Assembly: GCA_963836345.1 (NCBI GenBank)
Contig: CAWIJA010000007.1
Coordinates: 43,092-107,091, forward strand
Direction: 5' to 3'
Length of the DNA: 64,000 nucleotides
Source of the DNA: an uncultured Actinomycetes bacterium
Lineage (GTDB): Bacteria > Actinomycetota > Thermoleophilia > Gaiellales > Gaiellaceae
Each line of letters begins with the position of its first letter. The stretch's first letter is position 1. The position numbers were made by a program, and so were the translations under genes. Below are positions 1-11,100 of the stretch, in pieces. Below the pieces are notes generated by a model. That model ran no database searches and had not been told where the DNA came from. It worked only from the letters and a program-made list of their open reading frames with translations.

Positions 1-1199
1 GAGAAGTCGATGTCCATGTCCGGGAGGTCCTTGCGCGCCGGGTTGAGGAACCGCTCGAAGAGGAGCCCGTACCGGATCGGATCGACGTCGGTGATCTCGA
101 GGCAGTACGCGGCGAGCGAGCCGGCCGCCGACCCCCGGCCCGGACCGACCTGGACGTCGTGCGTCTTCGCGAAGTGGACGAAGTCCCAGACGATCAGGAA
201 GTAGTCGGCGAACCCCATCTCGCGGATCGTCTTGAGCTCGAACTGGAGCCGCTCGCGCAACTCGGGCGTGACGCTCTCGTACCGGCGCGTGAGGCCCGCC
301 TCGCAGAGCTCGGCGAGGTACTCGAACGCGTCGCGGTCCTCAGGGGTCGGAAACTTGGGCAGCAGGATCCGCCCGAGGTCGAGCTCGACGTTGCAGCGCT
401 CCGCGATCTCGAGCGTGCGACGCAGCGCCTCGGGATACGGCGCGAAGTCGACGGCCATCTCCTCGGGCGTCTTGAAGTAGAACTGGTCGGTGTCGAAGCG
501 CCAGTGGTTCGGGTTCTTCAGCGAGTCCCCCGACTGGATGCAGAGGAGCGCTTCGTGTGCGCGCGCGTCCTCGTGCAGGAGGTAGTGGACGTCACCGGTT
601 GCGACAAGCGGTAGCCCCGTCGCCTCGGCGAGCTTCGCGAGCTGGGGGTTGATGCGCTGCTGCGTCTCGAGCCCGGCGTTCTGGACCTCGACGTAGGTGG
701 AGTCGCGCCCGAAGATCTGGACGAGGCGGTCGAGGTCGGCGGCGGCGTCCTGGGGACGGTTCTCCTCGAGCGCCTTCGAGACCCGGCCCGACAGGCACCC
801 GGACAGGACGACCAGCCCGGCGGCGTGCCGCTCGAGCAGGCTCCAGTCGACCCTGGGCTTGTAGTAGTAGCCCTCCAGGTAGCCGAGCGACGAGAGCTTG
901 ATCAGGTTCGCGTAGCCCTCGTTCGACTCGGCGAGCACGGTCAGGTGGGCGTAGCCCTTCTCCTGCCGCCGACGATCGTCCGCGACGTAGAGCTCACACC
1001 CGATGACCGGCTTGATTCCTTGATGCCGCGCCTCTCGGTAGAGCTCCACCGCCCCCGCGAGCGAGCCGTGGTCGGTGAGCGTGACCGCCGGCATCTCGAG
1101 CTCGGCGGCTCGGGTTGCGAGCGCCGGGATTCGGCAGGCGCCGTCGAGGATCGAGTACTCGGAGTGGACGTGCAGGTGGACAAAAGGCGCCTCGGACAC
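1..1199 (-). CDS. dnaE: DNA polymerase III alpha subunit, N-terminal part (PHP domain onward); the gene's 3' part lies beyond the window start
   Basis: Own translation of the minus strand from GTG at 1199: [54 protein letters not shown]...[36 protein letters not shown]. Absent from the ORF track because it runs off the window edge. Confidence 0.85.
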   Translation of the reverse strand, partial: MSEAPFVHLHVHSEYSILDGACRIPALATRAAELEMPAVTLTDHGSLAGAVELYREARHQGIKPVIGCELYVADDRRRQEKGYAHLTVLAESNEGYANLIKLSSLGYLEGYYYKPRVDWSLLERHAAGLVVLSGCLSGRVSKALEENRPQDAAADLDRLVQIFGRDSTYVEVQNAGLETQQRINPQLAKLAEATGLPLVATGDVHYLLHEDARAHEALLCIQSGDSLKNPNHWRFDTDQFYFKTPEEMAVDFAPYPEALRRTLEIAERCNVELDLGRILLPKFPTPEDRDAFEYLAELCEAGLTRRYESVTPELRERLQFELKTIREMGFADYFLIVWDFVHFAKTHDVQVGPGRGSAAGSLAAYCLEITDVDPIRYGLLFERFLNPARKDLPDMDIDF

Positions 1200-1250
1200 C
1201 GGAGGGCCATCGTACAACCCGTCCAAGATGGCGCCCCGGCGGACTCCGGG

Positions 1251-1892
1251 TCAGCCGTCGCGAAGAGCGGTGACGTCCCAGAAGGCGAGCTCGTGACGGC
1301 TGGACTCGAGAAAGACCTTCCGCATCCGCCCCCGATCCGCCGTCTCGGAGAGCTCGTCGCAAACCTCGCGACACCACGCGGCCAGCGCCTGGAACTCGGG
1401 CCCCGCGTACATGCCGACCCAGCGCGCGTACAGCTCGGGATCCGGCCGCGGGAGCGCGGCGGCGAGCTCCGCGTAGCCCCACATGCAGGGCAGAAGCGCC
1501 GCGACGAGCTCCGCGAAGTCGCCGAGGGCGGCGACCCGCAAGAGGAAATCGGCGTATGCGCGGGTGACCGGCGCCGGTTGCTCCGCCTCGAGCTCCGCCG
1601 CGGAGATCCCCCACTCGTCCGCGTACGCGCGATGCAGATCCATCTCGGCACCGAGAGTCTCGGCGGCGAGCTCGGCGAACCGCCGCTGAAGCTCGAGCCT
1701 GGGTGCCCGTGCGGACGCGAGCGCGAGCAGGCGGCCGTACTCGACGAGAAACAGATAGTCCTGCCGGACATACGCCCGGAAGGCGTCCGGATCGAGCGTC
1801 CCGTCGCCGATCCCGCGTACGAACGGGTGGGCGTGCTGCGCTGCCCAGATAGGCTCGGCTTCGGCGCGAAGCTCGTCGCTAAACCGCGGCAT
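1251..1892 (-). CDS. tenA: TenA/thiaminase II family protein (aminopyrimidine aminohydrolase-like)
   Basis: 213-aa ORF with HPFVRGIGDGTL, YVRQDYLFLVEY and LLPCMWGY (Cys typical of the TenA_C class). Confidence 0.7.
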   Translation of the reverse strand: MPRFSDELRAEAEPIWAAQHAHPFVRGIGDGTLDPDAFRAYVRQDYLFLVEYGRLLALASARAPRLELQRRFAELAAETLGAEMDLHRAYADEWGISAAELEAEQPAPVTRAYADFLLRVAALGDFAELVAALLPCMWGYAELAAALPRPDPELYARWVGMYAGPEFQALAAWCREVCDELSETADRGRMRKVFLESSRHELAFWDVTALRDG

Positions 1893-2523
1893 CGAGCGTG
1901 TCCCAGAAGAGCAGCTCGTAGGCCTGGAGGAGACGCGCCGACCGGCGCACGCGGTCCGCCGGCTCGCCTGCCTCGAGCCCCTGCTCGGCTACCGCCAGCG
2001 CTCGGCGGCCGAAGTCCGGCGCCGGACTGGCGAAGAACTCGAAGAACGCCACGTCGTAGCGGCCGCCGAGGGCGCTGGCGATGCGCCTGCACGCGTCCCC
2101 CCATGCGTCGAGATTGACGAGGAACGCGAGCGCGACATCCGCCCGGCCGCCGTTCAGGGCGAGCCAGGCGACAAAGGCCGGATAGGCCTGACAACCGGGC
2201 TTCGGTTCGTACCCCTCTGCTCGCTCACCGACCGATGCTGCGAACCCGTCGAGCAGCGAGAGCGCCTTGCTCTCGCCTTCCGCGAGCTCCCGAAAGAAGG
2301 TGCCGCCGGGCGGTTCGGGGAAACGGGCGCCGAGGTGCTCGAAGCTGCGGCGGTCGCTCGCGATGATCGACGACTGTTCCACGCAGAACGCCTGCATGGC
2401 CGTACCGGCAATCCTGCCGTCCTCGACGGCGGCGATGAAGGGATGCTCCCGAACCCGCCGCTCCACCGCGTCGAGCTCCGGGCGCAGCCGATCGAGGAGC
2501 GCCCTGGCACGCGTCGGCTCCAT
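1879..2523 (-). CDS. TenA/PqqC-like haem-oxygenase-fold protein (second, divergent copy)
   Basis: Start moved to ATG 2523 (MEPTRARALLDRLRPELDAVERRVREHPFIAAVEDGRI...). The upstream part of track ORF 1879..2928 is Arg-rich junk. Overlaps the tenA start by 14 nt and lacks the TenA_C cysteine. Confidence 0.5.
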   Translation of the reverse strand: MEPTRARALLDRLRPELDAVERRVREHPFIAAVEDGRIAGTAMQAFCVEQSSIIASDRRSFEHLGARFPEPPGGTFFRELAEGESKALSLLDGFAASVGERAEGYEPKPGCQAYPAFVAWLALNGGRADVALAFLVNLDAWGDACRRIASALGGRYDVAFFEFFASPAPDFGRRALAVAEQGLEAGEPADRVRRSARLLQAYELLFWDTLDAAV

Positions 2524-2549
2524 CCCGCCGTTTCTAGCATGGAGCGAAC

Positions 2550-2984
2550 TCAGCGCGAGTAGCTGCCGACGAGCTTCGCGGTCTCGAGCACGTGCCCGTC
2601 GATCGCCTTGTCGAAGCTGAGGCGGCGATCGCTCGGCGCGAGGCCCGGCTCTGCGTCGAGCGCGTAGAGCGTGAAGACGTAGCGATGCGGCTTTCCCGGA
2701 GGTGGACATGGGCCGCGATAGCCGGGCGCACCGAAGTCGTTCCTGCCTTCCGCGGGCGCGGTCTCGCCCTCGGCGAGTCCGCCCGCCTCCGCCGGCAAGC
2801 CCCATGCGAGCCAGTGCGTGAACGGGTATCTCCCCGCGTCGGGGTCGTCGACGCACAGGGCCAGCGAGACCGCCCCGTCCGGCGGCGCCGTCCACTCGAG
2901 CGCCGGCGAGACGTCGTCGCCGTCGCACGAGTGGCGCTCCGGGATTCGCTCGCCGTCCCGGAACGCGCCGCTCTGCAGCTGCAC
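2550..2984 (-). CDS. YbhB/YbcL (PEBP, Raf-kinase-inhibitor-like) family protein
   Basis: GTG 2984 gives VQLQSGAFRDGERIPERHSCDGDDVSPALEW...DDPDA...FTHWLAWGL...GYRGPCPPPGKPHRYVFTLYALD. Confidence 0.8.
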   Translation of the reverse strand: MQLQSGAFRDGERIPERHSCDGDDVSPALEWTAPPDGAVSLALCVDDPDAGRYPFTHWLAWGLPAEAGGLAEGETAPAEGRNDFGAPGYRGPCPPPGKPHRYVFTLYALDAEPGLAPSDRRLSFDKAIDGHVLETAKLVGSYSR

Positions 2985-2985
2985 G

Positions 2986-3207
2986 CTAGGACGCTTCGCT
3001 CTCGCCGCCGTTGCCGCGCTTCTTGGCCTTGCGCCAGAAGAGCAGCGTCCCGGCGAGCGCCGCGATCCCGGCGGCGATCGCCGGCTTGTTCGGCTTCCCG
3101 CCCTCGACGGCCGGCACGGCACCCTTTGCCTTCTTCCGGGCCAGCCGCTTGCCGACGTTCCACGTCAGCCAGCCGAGCACTGCATTGCGCTTGTTCACGA
3201 TTCCCAT
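2986..3207 (-). CDS. small membrane protein (73 aa), unknown function
   Basis: ATG 3207 preceded by GGAAGGGGAG. Sequence MGIVNKRNAVLGWLTWNVGKRLARKKAKG...AIAAGIAALAGTLLFWRKAKKR has one hydrophobic segment. Its stop lies 1 nt before the PEBP start. Confidence 0.4.
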   Translation of the reverse strand: MGIVNKRNAVLGWLTWNVGKRLARKKAKGAVPAVEGGKPNKPAIAAGIAALAGTLLFWRKAKKRGNGGESEAS

Positions 3208-3221
3208 CGGTACTCCCCTTC

Positions 3222-4628
3222 CTATGCCTTGGCAGCCGCCCGTCGCCTCGGCGGCAGGTGAATCGGTCGCCCGAGCGCGACGAGGCCAGCCTCCTTGATC
3301 GCCTCCGACAGCGTCGGATGCGGAGCGATCCCGTCCGCAACCGTCTCGACCGTCGCCTCGGCGTCGAGGGCGACGACCCCGGCCTCGATCATGTCGGTCA
3401 CGTGCGGGCCGACCATGACGAGCCCGAGCAGCTCCCCGTACCGGGTCTCGTGGATCGACTTCACCCAGCCGACCGTCTCGTTCTGCATCACCGCCCGCGC
3501 GTTGGCGACCCACGGGAAGACGCCGACGGCGACGTCGTCGCCGTACTGCTCGCGTGCCTCCGCCTCGGTGAGCCCGACGGCGGCGACCTCGGGGTCGGTG
3601 TAGATCGGCCGGGGCACGCCGCGCGCGTCGACGACGGCGTCGTGGCCCATCGCGTTCTCGGCCGCGACCTCGCCCTCACGAAACGCCGTGTGCGCGAGCT
3701 GCCAGTAACCGGCACAGTCGCCCACCGCGTAGACGTGCGGAACCGTCGTGCGGCGATGCTCGTCGGCGGCGATTCCGGCGCGGCGATCGAACTGGACTCC
3801 GATCTCCTCCAGCCCGAGACCCTCGACGAGCGGCGCCCGACCGACCGAGACGAGCATCAGGTCGCACTCGACGGTCTCACCTTCCCCGTAGCGCACCGTC
3901 AGGGCGCCGTCCCGCTCCTCGACCTTCGTGCACTGCTTCTCCAGCTGGAGACCGATCCCGCGTTTCCCGAACTGCTTCGCGAGCTCCTTCGAGGCGTCCT
4001 CGTCCTCCATCGGGATCAGCCGCGGGAGCATCTCGACGATCGTCACCTCCGAGCCGAAGCGCCGGAAGATCGAGGCGAACTCGCAGCCGATGATGCCGCC
4101 CCCGAGGACGACGAGCCGGCGGGGCACCTGCTCCTGCGCGAGGAGCCCCGTGGAGTCGACGCAGAGCGACGAGTCGAGCCCCTCGATCGGCGGCCGCATC
4201 GGATAGGAGCCGGTGGCGACGATCGCCTGCTTGAAGGTCACGTCCTCCCCGCCCTCGACCGCGATCGTGTTCGCGTCCTTGAAGCGACCGGTTCCCTTCA
4301 CCCACTCGACCCCGTTCGCCTTGAAGAGTCCCGCGACGCCCTGGGTCATCTGCTTGACGACTGCCGCCTTCCACTCGTTTGCCGCGGCGAAGTCGAGCTG
4401 CGGCTCGCCGACCTTGACGCCGGCCTTCGCGAACGTCTCCGCTGCCTCCTTCAGGTAGGTCGCCGTCTGCACCCACGCCTTGGTCGGGATGCACCCGACC
4501 CGGAGGCACGTCCCTCCGAGCTCGGGCTCCTTCTCGATGCAAACCGCCTTCGCACCCAGCTGCGCGGCGCGGATCGCTGCGGTGTACCCCCCCGGACCGC
4601 CCCCGAGGACGGCGACGTCACAGTCCAT
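3222..4628 (-). CDS. lpdA: dihydrolipoyl dehydrogenase (E3)
   Basis: 468 aa: MDCDVAVLGGGPGGYTAAIRAAQLGAKAVCIEKEPELGGTCLRVGCIPTKAW (FAD motif plus redox CxxxxC) and a C-terminal HPTLSE dimerisation motif. Confidence 0.92.
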   Translation of the reverse strand: MDCDVAVLGGGPGGYTAAIRAAQLGAKAVCIEKEPELGGTCLRVGCIPTKAWVQTATYLKEAAETFAKAGVKVGEPQLDFAAANEWKAAVVKQMTQGVAGLFKANGVEWVKGTGRFKDANTIAVEGGEDVTFKQAIVATGSYPMRPPIEGLDSSLCVDSTGLLAQEQVPRRLVVLGGGIIGCEFASIFRRFGSEVTIVEMLPRLIPMEDEDASKELAKQFGKRGIGLQLEKQCTKVEERDGALTVRYGEGETVECDLMLVSVGRAPLVEGLGLEEIGVQFDRRAGIAADEHRRTTVPHVYAVGDCAGYWQLAHTAFREGEVAAENAMGHDAVVDARGVPRPIYTDPEVAAVGLTEAEAREQYGDDVAVGVFPWVANARAVMQNETVGWVKSIHETRYGELLGLVMVGPHVTDMIEAGVVALDAEATVETVADGIAPHPTLSEAIKEAGLVALGRPIHLPPRRRAAAKA

Positions 4629-4637
4629 TTCGCTCCT

Positions 4638-7600
4638 CTAGTTGCCTTCGGAGCCGATCCTAACGGGGGCGGGAAGGGCAACGTCGACCCGCTCCAGCCA
4701 CGGCGCCGCCTCGAGCCGCTCGAAGATCTCGCGCGACTCGCTCAGCAGCGGCTCGGCCTCCTCGGCGCGTCCCTGCCCGGCAAGCCATTCGCCGTGCTCG
4801 AGCTGGACGACGGCGAGGTCGAAGACGAGCTTGTGCTCCCGGAGAACGGCCTCGGCGGTCTTGAAGCCCTGCTCGACGGCGTCGTCCTCCCCGCGGAGTG
4901 CGGCGAGGCGGGCGCGAAACCGAACTGAATAGGCCCACAGGAACGGGGGACGCTTGCCCGGCGGGATGTCGTCGATCCGGTCGAGAAGCTCGTCGGCGAA
5001 GTCGAGACGACCCAATGCGAGAGCCGCCTCCAGGCCCTCGGCGAATGCGATCTTGATGTCGGGCCCCGAGCCCGAAGAGCTGGCTTGCGGCGAAGACGTC
5101 CTCACACGCAGCCAGAGCTTCCTCGAATCGGCCCTCGGCACGCAGCACGGCTGCACTCAGCGTCGCGTAGAGCGAGCGGTCCTGGACGTCGGCAGAGTCC
5201 TCGAAGCGGGCAATCAGTGAGAGGGCGCGGCGCGCCTCCGCAGTCTCTCCACGCGCGATCGGGATCTCGACGAGCGCGTTCATCATCGCGAGCGCCTGGA
5301 TCGCTTGATCCTCCGGCACCGAGGTCGCCAGCTCCAGCGACTCCGTCCATTGGCCGGTGCGCATCAAACACCAGCTCAGCTCGCCGAGCAGCCGCCATTC
5401 CATTAGCCGGTCTCCCGCCTTCCGAGCGAGAGCAAGGCCGCGGCGATGGAACTCGATCGCCTCGTCGTAGCGGTCACGACGGTCGAGCTGGTCGCCGAGG
5501 TTGTTGTAGGCACGCAGCGCGGCGAGGGTCAGGTCGTGCTCGAGCGCCAGCTCGAGCGCGTGCTTGACCAGCGCCAGCGACTGCTCCGAGCGACCGTTGA
5601 AGCTGGCGATCAGCCCCTGCGTGTTCAGCGCCTGCGAGAGAACCTCCGGCAACCACAAGGACTCCGCGATCTCGACAGCCGTCTCCACCCGGCGGGCTGC
5701 GAGCTCGACCTCGCCACGGAAGAAATGGAGCCGGCCCAGCTCCGCGGCGAGCACGGCGAGATCCTCGTCGGGCTCGTCGTCGGAAAGCACGGCAAATGCT
5801 CGTTCCATTCGCTCGAGCGCTTGCTCGAGGTGGCCGGCCCGCCATTCGACCTCACCGAGCCGGGCCGAAACACGCGCGGCCGGATGCGTCATGCCGGCCC
5901 CTTCGTAGAGCTCGAGGGCGCGCTCGAGGTGGCGCTGTGCCTGCTCGGCGCGCCCGGCAGACCATGCCGTCGCGCCAGCCCGCTCGCGCAACTTGGCCTC
6001 GTCGAGCGTGTCGTCGCTCAGCCCTGCCGCGCGCTCGAAGCAATGCTCCGCCTCCTCGTTCGCAGCCAGCGACGCCGCCCGCTCACCGGCGCGCGTGAGC
6101 ATCTCCTGCGCCCGCGCCTTGATTTCGGCGGCGTCGCCGCTTCGGGCGCCGCATCGAAGGCGTCGAGGTAGTGCGCGGCGATCGACCTCGACGATCTCTT
6201 GCTCGCCGGCGCCGAACGCTTCGACCAGATGCGCTGCTGCCGCAAGATGCCGCGCCTTGCGCTCCGCCTTAGCCAGTGTCTCGTAGGCAACCCGCTTGAG
6301 TAGGTCTTGAAGAAAGCTGTACTGGCCGCGCTCGGGCGAGCGAGGGTCGGCCTGAACCGAGAGGACTTCCTTACGAACAAGCGACGTCATGAGCGGTTCG
6401 AGCTCCGACTCCGTCAAGCCGGAGAGAGCCGCAAGACCAGTCTTCGTGAACGACTTGCCCAGCACCGAGGCGTCCTGGAGCAGCCGCCGTTCCTCGGCGA
6501 GGAGCCCGTCGAGGCGGGCGGCGACGAGCGCCTGCAGCGTCTCGGGCACGTCCAGCGCCTCGATCGGCCCCGTCGGCCGGTAGACGTCGCCCTCACGCGC
6601 GAGCAGGCCCCGATCGAGCAGCATCCGAACTGTCTCGACGGCGTAGAGCGGGACGCCTTCCGCCCGCGCGAGCATCTGTCCGCGCAGCCCGTCCGGCAGG
6701 CCCGGCACGAACCCGTCGAGCAGCTGCTCCATTGCCCGTGCGGAGAGCGGCTCGAGCGACAGTGTGGTCGCGTTGCGGCCGCCCGAGCCGAAGCCGGGAC
6801 GTCGCTCGGCCAACTCCGGCCGGGCGAGCGCGAGCACGAAGATCGGGTGGCTGCGCGACCATTCGAGCAGGTACTCGACGAAGTCGAGCAGTCCGGTGTC
6901 GGCCCACTGCAGGTCCTCGAAGACGAGCACCACCGGCCCTTCCTCCGCGAGGCGCTCGAAGAAGAGGCGCCACGCCGAGAAGAGATCCTCGCGGTCGGGA
7001 GCCGTCCGCTCGGCAAGCCCGAGCAGGTGGGCGAGGCGCGGCTCGAGCCAGCTCCGCTCCTCCGGGTCGGGTACGTGCTCCTCGATCGAGGCGCCGAGCT
7101 TCGCGAGCGCGGGCGCCGGCCCCTCCTCTTCGAGGATCCCGGCACGCATGCGCACCATCTCCGCGAGCGCCCAGTAGGCGACGCCGTCCCCGTAGGCGAG
7201 GCAGCGGCCGCGATGCCACCAGAAGTTGTCCGCGAGACCGTCGACGTACTTCTCGAACTCCCAGGCGATCCGCGACTTGCCGATGCCGGCGATCCCGACG
7301 ACGGAGACGAGCTGGGCCTTACCCTCCTCCGCGCTGGCGTGGAAAAGCTCCTTGACGAGACGGAGCTCGCGGTCGCGGCCGACGAAGGGAGGCTCGAGAC
7401 CGACGGACTTCTGGGCGCCACCCCGGGCCGCCGTGACGCGGAGCGCCCGATGGAGGACGATCGGCTCGGCCTTGCCTTTCAGATCCTGCTCGCCCGCCGA
7501 TTCGTAGGCGATCGCGGCTTCGGTCGCACGCCTCGTCGCCTCGCCGACGAGCACGGTCCCCGGATCGGCGGCCGCCTGGATCCGGGACGCCGTGTTGACC

Positions 7601-8145
7601 AGGTCGCCGGCGACCATTCCCTGGCCGGCCGCCCCCAGCGTGACCGCCGCCTCGCCTGTGAGCACACCTGCCCGCGCAGACAGATCCGAGTCGAGCTCGG
7701 GCACAGCTGCAACCAGATCGAGCGCCGTCCGTACCGCCCGCTCCGCGTCGTCCTCGTTCGCGATCGGCGCGCCCCAGACCGCCATCACGGCGTCGCCGAT
7801 GAACTTCTCGACCGTCCCGCCGTAGAGCGAGACCAGCCGCTGGCACGTCTCGAAGTAGCGGGAGAGCAACTCGCGCGTGTCCTCGGCATCGCGAGCCTCC
7901 GACGCTGACGTGAATCCGACCAGGTCGGCGAAGAGGACGGAGACGAGGCGGCGCTCGGCAGCGGGCGCGGCAGCTGCGAGTGGCTGCACGGGCCCCGTCT
8001 CGATCGCCGCGCCGCACTCGTCGCAGAACCTCGCCCCAGCAGGCACCGGGTGGCCGTTCGGACACACGTGCGCCAGCCCGGCGCCGCAGTTCAGGCAGAA
8101 CCTGGCCTCGGGTCGATTCTGGGAGCCGCAGCTCGGGCAGGTCAT
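4638..8145 (-). pseudogene. double zinc-ribbon / class III adenylate cyclase / AAA(STAND-like) NTPase / TPR protein, paralogue 1, reading frame interrupted
   Basis: ATG 8145 (MTCPSCGSQNRPEARFCLNCG...). Motifs FADLVGFT, KFIGDAVMAVWG, GDLVNTASRIQ and Walker A GIAGIGKS. The true C-terminus (DIKIAFAEGLEAALALG...REIFERLEAAPWLERV) is in another frame (track ORF 4638..5156), with the shift in the C4 run at 5064-5067. A second, compensated shift lies at 6138-6182. Confidence 0.7.
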
Positions 8146-11100
8146 GCGCTCACCTCGGCGCCGGTACGAACGTCCGCCGCGCGCTCGAGCCACGGCGTCG
8201 CCTCGAGGCGCTCGAAGATCTCGCGTGCCTCGACCAGGAGCGGCTCCGCTTCCAGGGCACGACCCTGCTCCGTGAGCCAGTCAGCATGCTCGAGCTGCGT
8301 CACCGCGAGGTAGAAGACCAGGGCAAGCTCCCGGAACAGTCCTGCCGCGCGCTTGAAGCGGCGGTCCGCGTCGGCAGAGTCACCCCGGCGGCCGGAGAGG
8401 TGCGCCCGGAAGCGCGAGACCTGCGCCTGGAAGAATTGAGAGGACGATCCTGGCGGCAGCGCCTCGACGGCGGACACCAGCTCCTCGACCTTGCCGAGGT
8501 CGTTCAGCTCGAGTGCGGCCTCGACCGCGGTCACGAACCCCTGCTTGCCGTACTCCTGGGTGGTTCCCATCGACTCGCGGCTTTCGAGGGCGAGCTCGGC
8601 GGCCTCGAGCGCCCGGGCGGCGTCTCCGGACATGAGCAGGAGGTTCGCGCGTCCGAGGTGGAACGAGTCTCGCTCCTGGACATCCGCGGACGACTCCATC
8701 GCGGCACACCGTTGAAGCAGGGTCTCGGCGTCGGCGGGATTTCCCCGGAACGAGCGCACCGTCGCCCCGAACGTGAGAATTCCGGGCCACGCCAGCCGGA
8801 TCTCCGTCCAGCGTTCCTCCGGAAGCTGGGCGATCATCGACTCGACCTCGTCCCAGGCGCCCAGCGAGAACAGCGGATACAGCTGGCCGAGGAACTGCCA
8901 CTCCCACCAGCGGGCACCGACGCGGCGTGCAAGGGCCAGGCCGTCGCGAACGGCCTTCGCCGCCTCTTCGTACCGGTCGACGTGGCAGAGCGTGTCTGCG
9001 AAGTTGTAGTAAGCGCGGAGCGCCGCAGACGGCTTCTCGTGCTCGAGCGCGAGGTCGCGGGCATACGGCAGCAGAGCCAGCGCCTCGTGGAGCCGCCCGC
9101 GCCCCGCGAGGATGATCGCTTTCGTGTTCAAGGCCTCCGACAGGATCTCGGGTGCGCCAAGGGCCTCGGCGAGCTCGAGCGCGGTCTCGACCCGCTCGAG
9201 CGCGAGCTGCGCCTCGCCGTGGAAGAAGAGGAACCGCCCCAGCTGCGCTGCGAGGGATGCGAGATCCTCGTCGGGCTCCTCCCGCGAGAGCACATCGAAC
9301 GCCTGCTTCATGTTCTCGATGCCCTGTTCGATCCGGCCTCTGTCGGTCCAGAGGATCTCGGCCAGCCGAGCGGAGACCCCGGCCGCCGGATGCGTGGCAC
9401 CCACCGCGTCGAAGAGCTCGATTGCCTGCTCGTAGTGGGCGGCCGCCTCATCCGCCCGCGCCCCGGTTCGCGCCATCGTCCCCGCCCGCTCGTGAAGCTC
9501 CGCCTGGACGAGCGCCTCGTCGGTGAGCTCCAGCGCGCGCTCGTAGGCGCGCTGGGCCTCGACGTTCGCGGCCAGCGACGCAGCGCGCTCGGCAGCGCGG
9601 ACGAGCATGCCCCGCGCAGTCGACCGGATCTCGTCGGCATCGGGATCGTCCGGCGCCGAGCGGTAGGCATCGAGATAGTGCGTGGCGACGACCTCGACGA
9701 TCTCGTCTTCCTCGGCGCTCCGCGTCGAGGACAGGAACTGCGCAGCGGCAAGGTGCTTCGCCTTCCGCTCCCGCTTCGACAGCGTCTCGTAGGCGACGTG
9801 CTTGACGATGTCCTGCAGGAACGAGTACTGGCCGCGCTCGGGCGACTGCGGGTCGGCCTGGATCGAGAGCACCTCCTTGCGGAGGAGCGAAGCGAGGAGC
9901 GGCTCGAGGTCTCCTTCGCCGAGTCCCGTGAGCGCACCCAGACCGTGCTTCGTGAACGTCTTCCCGAGCACCGATCCGTCCTGGACCAGTCGCCGCTCCT
10001 CCGGCGCCAACCCGTCGAGACGAGCGGCGACGAGCGCGTGGAGCGTCTCAGGAACCTCGAGCGTCTCGATCGCCCCGACCGGGCGAAAGACGTTTCCGTC
10101 CTGCACCAGCAGGCCGCGGTCGAGCAGCATGCGCACCGTCTCGACCGCGTACAGCGGCACCCCTTCGGCCCGATCGAGGATCTGCCTACGCAGGTCGTCC
10201 GGAAGCCCGGGCACGAGCCCGCTCAGCAGCTCCTCCATCGCCTGCGCGCGAGAGCGGCTCGAGATAGAGCGAGGTCACGGCACGCTTGCCGGCACCCCAG
10301 GTCGGATGCTTGTCGGCGAGCTCGGGACGGGCGAGCGTGAGCACGAAGATCGGGTGGCTCCGCGACCAGTCCAGCAGGAAGTCGAGGAAGTCGAGCAGGC
10401 CCGCATCCGCCCACTGCATGTCCTCGAACACGAGCACGACGGGGTCTCGCTCGGCCAGCCGCTCGAAGAGGATGCGCCAGGCCGAGAACAGGTTCTCCTG
10501 GTCGCCCGCAAGACCCTCCTCGAGCCCGAGCAGGTGGGCGAGGCGCGGCTCCACCCAGGCGCGCTCATCGGGGTCGGGCAGATGCTCGGCGAGTGCGACG
10601 TGGAGCTTCCCCAGAGCGGAGGGAGGCTCCTCGTCCTCGACGATCCCGCAGCGCATCCGCACCATCTCCGCCAGCGCCCAGTACGCGACCCCCTCGCCGT
10701 AGGAGAGGCACCTCCCCCGGTGCCACCAGGTCTCGCCGGCGAGCCCGTCGATGTACTTCTCGAACTCCCAGGACATCCGCGTCTTGCCGACGCCGGCGAT
10801 CCCGACCACCGAGACGAGCTGCGCCCTCCGCTCGTCGGCCGACGCGTGGAAGAGCTCCTTGACCATGCGCAGCTCGCGCTCGCGGCCCACGAACGGGGGC
10901 TCGAGGCCTGCCGAGCGGAGCACGCCGGCGCGTCCCGACATCACCCGCGACGCACGGAACAGCTGAACCGACTCGGCCTTGCCCTTGAGCTCGTGCTCGC
11001 CGGCAGGTTCGTAGGCGATCGCCGCCTCGGTCGCGCGCTTCGTCGCTTCGCCGACGAGCACGGTGCCCGGCTCCGCCTCAGCCTGGATCCGCGATGCCGT

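Noticed and set aside
2592-4928. 778-aa plus-strand ORF. Similar long ORFs occur antisense or out of frame to real genes, e.g. 941..2194, 825..2117, 7980..10340, 9802..11901, 16021..17580, 34559..36322, 37721..38803 and 39929..41221.
   Set aside because: They are Arg/Pro/Ala/Gly-rich low-complexity translations with no recognisable motifs. They fully overlap genes with clear family signatures on the other strand or frame, which is typical stop-codon-poor artefact in ~70% GC DNA.
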